A stretch of DNA of 64,000 nt from Octopus sinensis (lineage: Eukaryota): assembly GCF_006345805.1 (NCBI RefSeq), contig NC_043021.1, forward strand, positions 9,982,001 through 10,046,000. The letters are read 5' to 3'. Below the pieces are notes generated by a model that saw only the letters and a list, made by a program, of their open reading frames with translations, was not told the origin of the DNA and searched no databases. Shown one piece after another: positions 1 to 12,235 of the stretch. Made by a program: the position numbers and the translations under genes. Position 1 is the stretch's first letter. Every line of letters starts with the position of its first letter.

Positions 1-637
1 TCCTCATAATGATTTACAATGTATATTCTCTGCACCACTTATTCTTAGCATTGTTTCCTTTCCAAAAGTTTTCAAAGAGTTGCAGGCATGACTGTGTGGT
101 AAGAAGATTGCTTCCTGACCATAAGGTTCAGGTTTCAGTCCTAATATGTGGCACCTTGGGCAAGTGGTTTCTACTATAGCCCCGGTCTGACTGAAGCTTT
201 TTGAGCGAATTTGGTAGATGGAAACTGGAAGAAACTTGTGTATGTATGTATATATATGTGTGTGTGTGTGGTTATATGACATTATGTAATAGTTGTAATT
301 CATTTCCAACATTCTGTAAGAACATACCTAGCCATGGGAGAAATATTTCCTTGCTTGGAAACAGATGAGGGTTAGTGACAAGAAGGCCATCTGTCTCAGC
401 ATTTGACAGGTTCTTTATTTCACTGACCCTAGAAAAATGAAAAGCAAAACCATGTCCTTCCTCTCATACTATTGTTTAAAAGAAAAAAAACAACACAAAA
501 AGCATTGAGCATAGGTGCAGGTATGGCTGTGTGGTAAATATGGAAGAAATAAATATAAAACAGTAATATTATATTATCTATGAAGTAATTAATGTGTTAA
601 GACTCTTATCTCCTAATTTGTTCTCTTTCTCATCCAG

Positions 638-758
638 GCCACCAATTGTCCGAGTCAGTGATAAAGTGATGATACCACAAGAATTACATCCTGATATCAA
701 TTTTGTTGGTTTGTTAATTGGACCTCGTGGAAACACTTTGAAAAATCTTGAAAAAGAG
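638..758 (+). CDS. SF1: SF1 exon (KH domain start, [40 protein letters not shown])
   Basis: catccag| acceptor, |gtaatt donor, GxxG KH loop. Confidence 0.96.
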
Positions 759-3700
759 GTAATTTTGCTTTCTGGACGTCATGAATATGCTGCTTCTTGT
801 CTACTAATACTGAAAAGTAACAATAAATAATGTAGTTTTACAACTTTATAATATCAGAACTTTGCGAAATAAGATCAAATGACATGGTTTCATAAGAAAG
901 TTTAATCTCTTTGCCACAATTTCTTAAAGAGTTGAATAGCTATTAGTATTAATTAAGAAATCTTCTCCTTCACATTTGTATAAGTATTTTACTCCATGCT
1001 CTATTCATTCCATGAATAACTCTATTTTGTAGACTGGTGCCAAAATTATTATCCGTGGCAAAGGTTCAGTGAAAGAAGGTAAAATTGGAAGGAAAGATGG
1101 CCAACCCTTACCTGGAGAGGATGAACCTCTGCATGCCTATGTCACTGCACATAATCCAGAAAATGTTAAAAAGGCTGTTGAAAAGGTAAACTTTTTTCTT
1201 TTCTTTTTGCAAAGTTCTTTCTCTGTCTGATTGACACCTGTCCCTGTGTCTCTTTTTGCCTCTTACAGATCTTTGTCTTTTCTCACTTAGCCACCTCTAC
1301 TCTGTTTCCACTCTGTCCCTTTGCATCCTCTGCTCTGTCTCCCCTCTTGTCTCTCAACAATTTTTGTCCCCTGCTCTTTTGTTTTCTCTTCATCAACTCG
1401 ATTGTTGTTCTACTCAGTGTTGTAAGCCTGCTGAAGCAATATTAACTGTAGATTAACTCATCATCATCATTTAGCGTCCGCTTTCCATGCTAGCGTGGGT
1501 TGGACGGTTCAACTGGGGTCTGTGAAGCTGGAAGGCTTCATCAGGCCCAGTCAGATCTGGCAGTGTTTCTACGGCTGGATGCCCTTCCTAATGCCAACCA
1601 CTCCGTGAGTGTAGTGGGTGCTTTTTACGTGCCACCCGCACAGGTGCCAGACAGAGCTGGCAAACGGCCACGAACAGATGGTGCTTTTACGTGTCACCGG
1701 CACGGGGGCCAGGCGAATCTACAAAGACCTTTCTCGTCAAGTATTTTTATTATTTTTATTTTTCCAATTTATTTTCAGATCAAAGAAATAATCCGCCAAG
1801 GAATTGAAGTCCCTGAAGGACAGAATGACTTGAGACGACAACAGCTTAGGGAACTTGCTCTCCTCAATGGCACACTCCGGGAGAATGATGGTCTTGCGTA
1901 AGTAAACATTTTTAACTCTGAATTGGTTCAGGATTTTTATTAATTGTTTGGAAAGAAGTTTGTTTCCTCTCACCTTTCATTTTGAGATATTGATTTACCT
2001 TTTATTAAATTTCGTTTTTTATTCAGTAAATTGAAACAGCTGCAGCAGGCACAGACTATTATCACCAACACTATTATATGTTCAATATGTGCAGGTACAG
2101 GACATTTAGCTCAGGACTGCAAACAGAAGAGGTATTTTAGTTATTTTATTATTTTGTGTATGTATGTTATGTAATATATATATATGTGTTATGTAATGTA
2201 TGTATGCAATGCAATGTATGCGATGTGCGTGTGGTGTGTGTAATGTATGCAATGCTATGTATGTATGTAATGTAATGTATGCAATGCAATGTATGTTATG
2301 TGTGTGTGGTGTGTGTAATATGTAATGTATGCAATACAATGTATGTGATGTGTGTGTGTGTGTAATGTATGCAATGTAATGTAATGGATGTGATTGTGTG
2401 TGTGCACGCGTAGTGTGAGATATGATGTCATTGATTTGTTACGACTTGTGTATTTCTTTGCTGATCTCTTCACATTACTGCTTCTCAACTCTGAAAACAT
2501 ACATACATTACACTCTACACACACTCTTTGACACCCTTCCAGCAACTCCAGGTTTGGTGGAGTTCTCCAGCCCCATAAGACAATTCACCTAGGAGGAACC
2601 CTCTCCAATGTAAAACCTACAACTTGCTAATCACCGTAGCTCTCTTAGGCCCCTAAGCCATTATAGTCAAACCCCATGTCTTAGTGAGATACAATTACAC
2701 AGACCGATTCTCACTTGAAAACTATTAAGCGCAGCCAGGAAGAAAACCCTTGTGGTATCAAAGATCAGTTTATATAACCACTTGAGGGGTGGGTCACTTT
2801 CTCATGATCCTCGGACATAAAGAAACTGCCATCATATATTTGGAGAATATACAGGAAGCCAGTCACTATTTGTGTGGGCGATGTTAGCAGACAACGTTTT
2901 CTATGTTTAAGTTTGAAAGTTGTCATACAGCTATGGTACGACCACGCTTGGAATTCGCATCATCAGTTTGGAACCCCTATCTTGCTCAGAACATTGACCT
3001 CCTGGAATCTGTCCAGAGACGTGCAACCAAACGCATTCCCTCCATCAGACACCTACCATATTCTGAGCGCCTTGTTTCCCTGGGCATGGATTCACTGAAG
3101 CTCTGGCGTCTGGCGACGGACTTGGTAAACACCCACAAAATTATCAACCACCTCACCAACAACACTGAACACCTTTTTGATCTCCATGTGTCCAACACAC
3201 GTGGACATGCCTACAAAGTCAGAAAACAACACAGCTCCCATGACTTTCGGAAACATTTTTTCACGCTCAGAGTTGCTGAAGCATGGAATAAACTGCCTGC
3301 GTCAGTTGTTGACTGCCATGACACTGCATCCTTTAAGGCCCTCATGCTTTCCGAAATCCGCCGAAACTACACCTGATTATATATACACTTTAGATGAGTT
3401 GTAGTGCACCTGAGCACTGTACACAATTATTATTATATTATTGGTTTGTTGTTTTCTCTTTCAGACCTGGGGAACCAATCAGAATCCAGCAGGGATCACA
3501 AGCAGACAGAGCTAAGATGGACAGTGAGGTAAATATTTCCACTAATAACGACTGTTTCAACTACTTTTTTGTTATGGAGATGTGGTACTTGATTTCCATT
3601 GTAAATTTGATAGCAGCTGATTTAATTTTAAAGCAGTTTTTTTTCCATTTGTTTGTTTTACACTTGTTTTCCTGTTTGCATGGATGAGACAAATATATTA

Positions 3701-6700
3701 TCGCAGCATTGTTTTATGACTGGATGTCCTTCCTATCACTTAACTTTTACCTGTTTTCCTAGTAAGGGGAAATGACTCATGGTTATTTCACACATCTCCC
3801 TTAAGTGCGAAGCTTGGGGAGAAATTGACCAGCAAAGTGACAGTTGTGGAGCACATGTGTAATCACACACACACACACGCACACATAGAGACTTCTTGAA
3901 AACACTTACCCAAAGCACCATGCAGTGGGACTGAACCTGAAACTACTTGATTGGAAAATGAACTTCTTAACCACACAGCCATGCCGGCACCAGTGCTTGT
4001 AGTATATTTCCACCCACATGTAATGTCCATAGTAAGACACCTGGGCTTGTCCCCCCCCCATCAAGCTTCAGCCCCTCAACATCTAGCAGAGAACTATTGC
4101 TCCTCCTTTTCCTCTCAAATAGTATCTGCCCCCATTTAGTGAAGGAGGCTTTTTCCTCCTTCCTGTTTTTTGTGCTGTATTCTCACCAATACCCTTTGTT
4201 GAAATCTTCACATGGGGTAAAAAAAAAAACATTTTAAAATTTTCATGTAGGGATATGATGTCACTGAACTGTTACGACTTGGGTATTTCATTGCTGATCT
4301 CTCCAAATTACTGCTTCTCCACTCTGAAAACAATGGATGGGAGGCAATATATCTTCTTGTAGGGATAGGTGTTAGAGGATTTATTGGAACCAGGGCACAC
4401 TTGATGCTCTGGAGTCTTGGACTAGCTGAGAAGGAAACAAAAGATTCTCCTCCTCCTAACATCCATTTCCCCTGCTGGCATGGGTTGTACTGTTTGATCA
4501 GAGCTAGCAAGCTGCACCAGGTTCCAGTCTGTTTTGGCTTGGTTTCCACAGCTGGATGTCTTTCCTAACACCAACTGCTTTACACAGTGTGCTGGGCTCT
4601 TTTTTATGTGGCACCGGCGTAGGTACTAATACATTTTGCTGTCACAGGTGCTTTTTACCTGACACTGGCATGGGTGCAAAGGGCTCTTGCAGGCCAATCC
4701 TCATCAGTAGGGGGAGCGGCATTAACACTTCTACTATGGAGGACAGGCTTTCCTGAGTACAGCAAGCCACCAGATATCTCAGTCCTTAAGGCAGCGAACT
4801 GGCAGAAATGTTAGCACGCCGGATGAAATGCTTCGCGGGATTTTGTCTGCCACTACGTTCTGAGTTCAAATTCCACCGAGGTCGACTTTGCCTTTCATCC
4901 TTTCGGGGTTGATTAAATAAGTACCAGTTACGCACTGGGGTCAATATAATCGACTTAATCCATTTGTCTGTCCTTGTTTGTCCCCTCTGCGTGTAGCCCC
5001 TTGTGGGCAGTAAAGAAATAAGATATCTCAATCCTTTGCCATTTCTTCTGTAAGGTTCAATGTCCTGAGATCATCTTTCAATACTTTGTTCCATGTCTTC
5101 TTGGGTCTTCCTCTTCCAAGAGTTCCATCCACTTTGAGTGATTGGCATGTCTTCACAGAGCTGTCGACATCCATCTGCGTCACATGACCAAAAGACATTG
5201 CCAGAAGATTGTTGGAAGCCACTGAAGCCATTACACCTGTCTCAAGAGAGAGGATGAGTGGTGCAGCAAAAACGAGCATTGAAGATGGTAGGGACATCCA
5301 GTCCAGAGTTGCAACATCGCATTCAACAAAGCTTGTGCTGTTGTATGGGAGTTTTATTATATCCTACATTAGTGGGTAGCCCCCACTAGGCAGCTGTGGT
5401 GTCACTAGTGGAAGGGATCAAAAACCTTCAGAGCTGCTTCCCTACCTGAGATAGTCACTCCTGCATTCGGAGGCAGAGTACAGCAGCACCCTTAACACAC
5501 AGGTGTTTACCTTAAAATACTCCACTGCAGTTGAACTCACTTCATATTTGTTTGTGTGTGTGTGTGTGTTCAATTATTTTCTTTTTGAAACAACTAATGT
5601 CTACATATAATCCTTATTTCTAGTATATGTCACTGATGGCAGAACTTGGTGAAGGACCACCACCACCTCAGAAAACACCTCCACAACAGTCAAACATTCA
5701 ACAGGGCAATATTCAGACATTCAATCGACCACCTTTTCATTCACAACCACCTCCAAATCCAATGGTAAGTCATTATAACTCTTATGTATAAAGTTACTTT
5801 TTTTTATCACTTGAGTTTGAATATTATTGAGTATATATTGGGAGATTATGTTGTATAGAATGCTACTAAATGTATGAGAATAGTTTGGACAGTCACCAGG
5901 ATTGTTCTTGTATGTGTCATATATGTGCATCTTCATCATCGTTTAACGTCCGCTTTCCATGCTAGCATGGGTTGGACAGTTTGACTGAGGGCTGGCAAAC
6001 CAGTTGGCTGCACCAGGCTCCAATCTTGATCTGGCAGAGTTTCTACAGCTGGATGCCCTTCTTAATGCCAACCACTCTGAGAGTGTAGTGGGTGCTTTTA
6101 TGTGCCACCAGCACAAGGGCCAGTCAGGCTGTACTGGCAACGACCTCGCTTGAATCTGTTTACACATGCCACCGGCACAGGTACCAATAAGGCGACGCTG
6201 GTAACAATCATGCTTGAATGGTGTCTTTTACGTGCCACTGGCACGGAAGGCAGTTAGCCACTCTGGCAACGATCACGCTCAGATGGTGCTCTTAGCACGG
6301 GGCACATAGTATATATTTAAGATCTTTACCATATATTTTCAAATTGGGTACTGGTGGTTAATATTTGAAAATGTTGAACAGACTAGCTTATTAGGTGGGT
6401 AGTTAATGTAATAGTACTGTGCACCAGTAGTTAATGTAACATCTTTCATGGAAATGATATTTACCCTCATTGTCATTTAATGTCCGCTTTCCATGCTGGC
6501 ATGGGTTGGACGGTTTGACTGAGGGCTGGCAGGCCAGAAGGCTGCGCCAGGCTCCGATCTGATCTGGCAGAGTTTCTACAGCTGGATGCCCTTCCTAATG
6601 CCAACAACTCCAAGAGTGTAGTGGGTGCTTTTTATGTGCCACAGTCAGGTGGCACTGGCATCGCCCACGATTGAAAATATCAATTTGTCCAGATAGTGAG

Positions 6701-7299
6701 CATGTTGCGGTTCTTAAATGTCTCCTAATGTGTTGATGGAAGTTCTCATTTTTTTTTTTACTCCTTTCAGGCTTTGAATCCTCCATGGCAAGCTACACCT
6801 CAACCTCATAAACCTCCTCACATGGTTACATCATTCCAAAATCAGCCCCATGCAAATAATGCAGGCCCCCAGCCACAGGGTGTTCCCATACCTCCTAATC
6901 ATACACAGAGCTCTCAGTATCCTCCTGGAGTGCCACCTCCGCCACCGCCTCCACCACCTCCACCCAGCTTGTTCTCGAACCCTCAACAGTTGCCACCCTG
7001 GCAGCAGGGCATACCCTCAGGACAGAACCCACAGACTTCATCAAGTGGTGTTGGTAAGTTTTTTGGTCTTTTTTTTTTAAGATTTTCATTTTCATTTCTT
7101 TTTTTTTAAGATTTTCATTTCTATAACTATGGTTATAGGCGCAGGAGTGGCTGTGTGGTAAGTAGCTTGTCTACCAACCACATGGTTCCGGGTTCAGTCC
7201 CACTGCGTGGCACCCTGGGCAAGTGTCTTCTACTATAGCCTCGGGCCGACCAAAGCCTTGTGTGTGGATTTGGTAGACAGAAACTGAAAGAAGCCCGTC

Positions 7300-7338
<39 letters not shown>

Positions 7339-10300
7339 TGTGTGTGTTTGTGTGCCTGTGTTTGTCCCCTAGCATTGCTTGACAACCAATGCTGGTGTGT
7401 TTATGTCCCCGTTACTTAGCGGTTCGGCAAAAGAGACCGATAGAATAAGTACTGGGCTTACAAAAGAATAAGTCCCAGGGTCAAGTTGTCGATTAAAAGG
7501 CGGTGCTCTAGCATGGCCACAGTCAAATGACTGAAACAAGTAAAAGAGTAAAAAAGAGAGTACTATCCTTCCTAAAAAATAAAAAACAAAAACAGATAAA
7601 CAGCTCTTGTTTCTCTCATTTGCCTGTCAAATGGGACACTTTTGGTAAGTAGAACTAGATGGTAAGTAGCTTGCTTACGAACCACATAGTTTCGGGTTCA
7701 GTTCCACTGTGTGGCACCGTGGGCAAGTGTCTTCTACTATAGCTTTGAGTGGATGTGGTAGATGGAAACTGAAAGAAGCCCATCATATATATGTGTGTGT
7801 CTGTTTGTCCCCCCAACGTCGCTTGACAACCGATGCTGGTGTGTTTATGTCCCCGTAACTTATGGTTTGGCAAAAAAGACCAATAGAATAAGTACTAGGG
7901 TTACAAAGAATATCCTGGGGTCAATTTGTTCAACTAAAGGCAGTGCTCCAGCATGGTTCAGTCTCACAGTGATTTCTATTATAGCCTTGGAGCAACCAAA
8001 GCCTTGCGAGTGGATTTGGTAGATGGAAACTGAAAGAAATCTGAATACATTTATACATATTAATGTGTGTGTGTCTTTGTGTCTGTGTTTGTCCCTCACC
8101 ATCACTTGACAACCGGTGTTGGTGTGTTTATGTCCTTATAGTTTAGCTGTTCAGCAAATGAGACCAATAGAACAAGTACCAGGCTTGAAAAAAGAAGAAA
8201 AATTACTGGGTTGATCCATTCAACTAAAAAAAATTTTCAGGGCAGTGCTCCAGCATGGCCACAGTCTAATGACGGCAAAGGTAAAATAAGATAAGCTAGG
8301 CGCAGGCATGGCTATATATATATATATATATTTATTGGCTGTATAGTGACAAGCTTGCTTCCCAACCACATGGTTCCAGGTTCAGTCTCATTGCAAGGCA
8401 CCTTGGGCAAGTGTCTTCTACTATAGCCTCGGGCCAATCAAAGCCTTGTGAATGGATTTGGTAGATGGAAACTGAAAGAAGCCCATTATGTGTACATGTG
8501 TGTATCTGTTCCCACCACCGCTTGACAACCAGTGTTGGTGTGTTTATATTCCCTTAAGTTAGCAGTTCAACAAAAGAATCCAATAGATCAACTAAGAATT
8601 CTTCGAGGTGATGCCCCAGCATGTCCACAGTCCAATGACTGAAATAAGTAAAAGATAAAAAATGATAAACGACACCAAAATTTTTGGTTTTTATTTGTTG
8701 ATCTATCTATCTATCAGCTCAGTCGAAGTCGACTCTCGGTCACTCATTGGATCAGTGTCCTCCAGTCAGTTCTATCCTGGGCCGCTTCTTTCAGATTGGC
8801 TATGTCCATTCCGGTATCCCTCTTGATGGTGTCAAGCCAGCAGGTTCTTGGTTGGCCTTTTCCTCTCTTGCCAGCATATGCCGTTGCCACCCCCAGCACC
8901 ACGGTGAGGAGAACGGTTGGGCTTTGGAGGGGGTTATTTGTTGAACAGGAAGGTTAAATTGTGAAATTCTTCATTAGCAACAGATATCCTCGTTTCGTTT
9001 ATACCCCAGTAGCCTTTTATAGGGGGTTGACCTCTGGGACATGTGAGGGAACATACGAACCAGTTATTTGTTACATTGCCACTCTCGGTGCTTCAGCACC
9101 TCTGTGAATCCCTGATGAAATGCTGTGCTGTTGCAAGTGATATTACATTTCATCTCGCTGTGTCTTTTGGCCTGATTGTTTTATGTATATTTTCAAGCAG
9201 GTGTGCCACCACCTCCGCCAGGTTTATTGACTGCTCCTCCACCACCACCACCACCAAATAGCCAGTCCGCCGGTGTCATGCCCTGGATGAGTTCTCAAGG
9301 TAAGTTTGGAATACACAAGATTTTGAAGACCTTAAAGATATGCTTAAACAGTAGCTCTGTGTATGTATACATGTGTGTATGGATATATAAGTTTGGCAAT
9401 GCTAAATATTAATAACTGTTGCTTCTGCTAAATATTAATGTATATATGTATATGTGGAGATGCGTGGCTTAGTGGTTAGGGTGTCAGCATCATGATTGTA
9501 AGATTGTTGTTTCAATTCCTGGACCGGGCGATGTTGTGTTCTTGAGCAAAACACTTCATTTCACGTTACTCCAGTCCACTCAGCTGGCAAAAATGAGTAA
9601 CGCTGCGATGGACTTGTGTCCTGTCCAGCTGGGGAACACATACGCCATTGAAACTGGGGCCATGAGCCTGGCTAGGCTTTAAAAGGGCGCATTTATTTAT
9701 TTTATATACGTATATAGGTATAGGCCTGGCTGTGTGATAAGAAGCTTGCTTTGCAACCACATGGTTCCGAGTTCAATCCCACTGTGTGGCACCTTGGGCA
9801 AGTGTCTTCTACTATAGGCTCAGGCCAACCAAAGCCTTGCATGGATTTGGTAGATGGAAACTGAGAGAAGCATGTATGTGTGTGTGGTATCACATTTAAA
9901 AAAAATTTATTTTGCAACAAATTCTGATATAATTTGAATCTTTACCATCTGAAGTGTATTTGTTGGTATGCTGCAGCTAACTCCAGCCAGTTACTGCATA
10001 TATTACTGGAAATCCATAGTAAACATTTTCAAAACATTATAACAGTAGATTGGCATGGCTGTGTAGTCGAGATATTTGCCTCCCAACCACTTGTTTTCCA
10101 CTATAGCCCTAGGCCTATATGTGTGTGTTTAGAACTGCAGTCATTTGTATGAAAGTTATGGCAAGCAGTGTTGTCGATTCTCCTGTCAACAAATCATCTA
10201 GTCACTTTGTGCTTTGGAGCCATGTGGAATATAAGACCTTACCTGAAAAGCAGGTAAGGCATCTGAGTTAAAATCAGTTCATCAAATAACATCTGCCCAA

Positions 10301-11378
10301 TCCATGGCAGTATAGTAATATGGGCATAAAATGATTGTCTATATAGATATATATTTATAAATTTGCTGTTATGTGGCTGGTTATTTGTATAGTCCACCTC
10401 AATTACCTGCTATGATGTGTTGCGTTGAATGCAGTGTATATATATTTTTTGTTGTGATGTAGCATGTTAAATGTTATATAATCATCATCATTTAATGTCT
10501 ATTTCTCATGCTGACATGGATGGATGGTCTGACAGGAACTGGCAAACCAGAAGACTGCACCAGGCTTTACTGTCCATTTTGGCATGGTCTTTATGGCTGG
10601 ATGACCTTCCTAATGCCAACCACTTTACAGAGTAGCCTGGGTGCTTTTCATACATATATATAAGGCTTAGTCACGTTAACAAAGGGATGTGGGTTCGAGT
10701 CCCATGCAGATAGGAAAACCCCCTTTATTTTTCTGTTGATGGCTATTTTCCTTAGTTATTGCATGGTGATTGCTATAAGCTTTAGGATTATTTAAATACC
10801 ATTATTATTTACAGGATTGTGAAACCCAGCAATGTATAAAGAAGCTATTTGCATAGCTCAGTGGTTAGAGCGTCGAGCCTATGATTGTGAGGTTATGAGT
10901 TTGAATCCCGGACCAGGCTGCGTGTTGTGTTTTTGAGCAAGGTACTTTGCTCCAGTTCACTCAGCTGTAGAAATGAGTTGCGATGTCACAGGTGCCAAGT
11001 TGTATTGGCCTTTGCCTTTCCCTTGGATAACATTGGTGGCATGGGTGACTGCTAGTCTTCCATAAACAACCTTGCCCGACTTGTGCCTGGGAGCCTAACT
11101 TTCTTGGTGCAATCCCACAGTCACGACCGTTTCTACAGCTGGATGCCCTTCCTAATGCCAACCACTCCAAGAGTGTAATGGGTGCTTTTTACATGCCAGT
11201 TATGTGAGACTGGCATCGATCACAACTATGATTCTAACCCATGACAGCATAGGAGATGGATGTCAAATGATGATGAAAATGTGTGTAGACACACACACAC
11301 ACACACACAAATATAGTTGCTGTGAAATAGTGTTGATTTATCTACTTTGAGTATATATTTATCATGTAGCCTATAGTA

Positions 11379-11436
<58 letters not shown>

Positions 11437-12235
11437 ATATATAATGTGTGTGTGTGTGTAGCAATATATCCTATTGAGAACATAATATATTTTAGTGTAT
11501 TTTTGTGGAGGCATGTGGCTTACTGGTTAGTGTTGGACTAATGATAGTAAGATTGTGGTTTCGATCCCTAGAACGGGCAATGTGTTGTGCTCTTGAGCAA
11601 AACACTTCAACTGTTGATAACAATCTAAGCTGGAGTTCCCACATAAACAGCAAGGTTGACTTGGCCTGCCAGATGTGCTCCTGGATTCTGAGAACTTTCC
11701 GGTTTAGACATGTCTACACCATCGTCCCTCTCTACTCTACTATTGCCCAACCCCACCTTGAAAACTGTTGTAGAATACTCAGCTGTAGAAATGAGTTTAA
11801 CCTAGAGAGGCTTTCTCACCTAAGATATGCTGTATAACTGCAATGACCCCCAAGGGGTTAAGGGGCTTGTCATTAGTGTATTTCATTTTGTGGGAATTGT
11901 TGCTATTACTGCTTTTTTTGTGTCTGTATATTATAATTTTTCTTCGTAATAATTCACTAATATTTCTGTCTACAGGTGGATTACCCCAACAATTATCTCC
12001 GTCTGGACCTCCTTGGCAGAATGCAGCCGTTCCTCCACCACCTCCATCAAATGTGCCTCCATGGCAACAAGGACCCATGCATTCGATCGGCACTTCGGTT
12101 GCTCCACCACCACCTCCACCAGGAAGCCAGCACGGTTACGGTGGAATCCCTCCGCCCCCGCCTCCTGGAGGATATGACATGAATCCTGGAATGAATCCAC
12201 TGCTTGTTGCCCCTCCACCACCACCACCCAGCTAG
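638..12235 (+). CDS. SF1: Splicing factor 1 / branchpoint-binding protein, 5'-truncated by the window; coding exons 638-758, 1033-1185, 1779-1897, 2027-2131, 3465-3528, 5624-5764, 6771-7053, 9201-9299, 11976-12235
   Basis: Manual splicing gives one continuous frame (1345 nt = 1 nt + 448 codons incl. stop), with all introns GT-AG. KH signature [40 protein letters not shown]2 [23 protein letters not shown] knuckle [33 protein letters not shown] and a Pro-rich C-terminus all match the SF1/BBP family. Confidence 0.97.
1033..1185 (+). CDS. SF1: SF1 exon (KH domain, [51 protein letters not shown]); missed by the ORF track
   Basis: ttttgtag| and |gtaaac, 153 nt in frame, near-identical to metazoan SF1 KH. 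Confidence 0.96.
1779..1897 (+). CDS. SF1: SF1 exon (QUA2)
   Basis: ttttcag| and |gtaagt; [39 protein letters not shown]. Confidence 0.96.
2027..2131 (+). CDS. SF1: SF1 exon (CCHC zinc knuckle)
   Basis: attcag| and |gtattt; [34 protein letters not shown] (C-x2-C-x4-H-x4-C). Confidence 0.95.
2155..2420. repeat. Compound (TG)/(ATGTA) low-complexity tract in an SF1 intron
   Basis: Read directly. Confidence 0.9.
2860..3440 (+). mobile_element. CR1/L2-group LINE 3' end (RT C-terminal region + 3' tail) in an SF1 intron; degraded upstream part may extend to ~2421
   Basis: [15 protein letters not shown]...[13 protein letters not shown]...YSERL...[10 protein letters not shown]...[14 protein letters not shown] is the typical CR1 ORF2 end; (ATT)n tail. 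The same tail occurs at ~20455-20620 (+), 49480-49800 (-) and 52330-52545 (-). Confidence 0.9.
3465..3528 (+). CDS. SF1: SF1 exon
   Basis: ctctttcag| and |gtaaat; [21 protein letters not shown]. Confidence 0.93.
4788..5020 (+). mobile_element. tRNA-derived SINE family B (aaggcggcgagctggcagaa...gttctgagttcaaattcc...gggtagtaaagaaata)
   Basis: A/B-box head; copies at 19915-20050(-), 21998-22445, 27140-27330, 36940-37140, 38095-38310, 40830-41250(-), 58405-58822(-), 59925-60150. Confidence 0.88.
5020..5340 (-). mobile_element. RTE-clade LINE fragment (ORF2 C-terminus)
   Basis: FGHVTQMD...[22 protein letters not shown] motif. Confidence 0.85.
5624..5764 (+). CDS. SF1: SF1 exon
   Basis: atttctag| and |gtaagt; [15 protein letters not shown]...PPPNPM. 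Confidence 0.93.
6771..7053 (+). CDS. SF1: SF1 exon (Pro-rich)
   Basis: ctcctttcag| and |gtaagt; [11 protein letters not shown]...[11 protein letters not shown]...SSGV. Confidence 0.9.
7135..7560 (+). mobile_element. tRNA-derived SINE family A, full length (tRNA head, CORE-like ccttgggcaagtgtct, internal (TA)n(TG)n, 3' tail ggcggtgctccagcatggcc...ctgaaacaagtaaaaga)
   Basis: More than 20 copies or fragments on both strands, e.g. 70-470, 3760-3990(-), 7655-8670, 24700-25115(-), 38725-39057, 41270-41605(-), 51010-51480, 53020-53340(-), 59305-59760(-), 60900-61235, 63800-64000. Confidence 0.9.
8700..8930 (-). mobile_element. RTE/BovB-like LINE 3' end with (GATA)n tail
   Basis: Degenerate RGRP..RW-type end reading into a gatagatagat tail. 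Confidence 0.5.
9201..9299 (+). CDS. SF1: SF1 exon (Pro-rich), NAGNAG acceptor
   Basis: tttcaagcag| and |gtaagt; [33 protein letters not shown]; phases match both neighbours. Confidence 0.88.
11976..12235 (+). CDS. SF1: SF1 last coding exon (Pro-rich), stop TAG 12233-12235
   Basis: ttcactaat branch point, tctacag| acceptor; [15 protein letters not shown]...APPPPPPS*. Confidence 0.9.

Noticed and set aside
2421-2500. Duplicated segment (also 4251-4330) suggesting mutually exclusive SF1 exons
   Set aside because: No compatible splice sites or SF1-like peptide; it is contiguous with degraded LINE sequence.
4640-4790. Minus-strand GAAA...GTC...CTGATGA suggesting a type II hammerhead in an RTE tail
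   Set aside because: Helices I, II and III all fail at their core-proximal pairs.
9112-9175. Possible C/D snoRNA in an SF1 intron (ctgatga...ctga)
   Set aside because: Non-canonical C box, no terminal stem, and no rRNA/snRNA complement that I could recognise.
10845-10925. tRNA-like sequences (also 19480, 21055, 38095, 55518)
   Set aside because: They are SINE heads with broken acceptor/anticodon stems that continue into SINE bodies; no intact tRNA gene was found.
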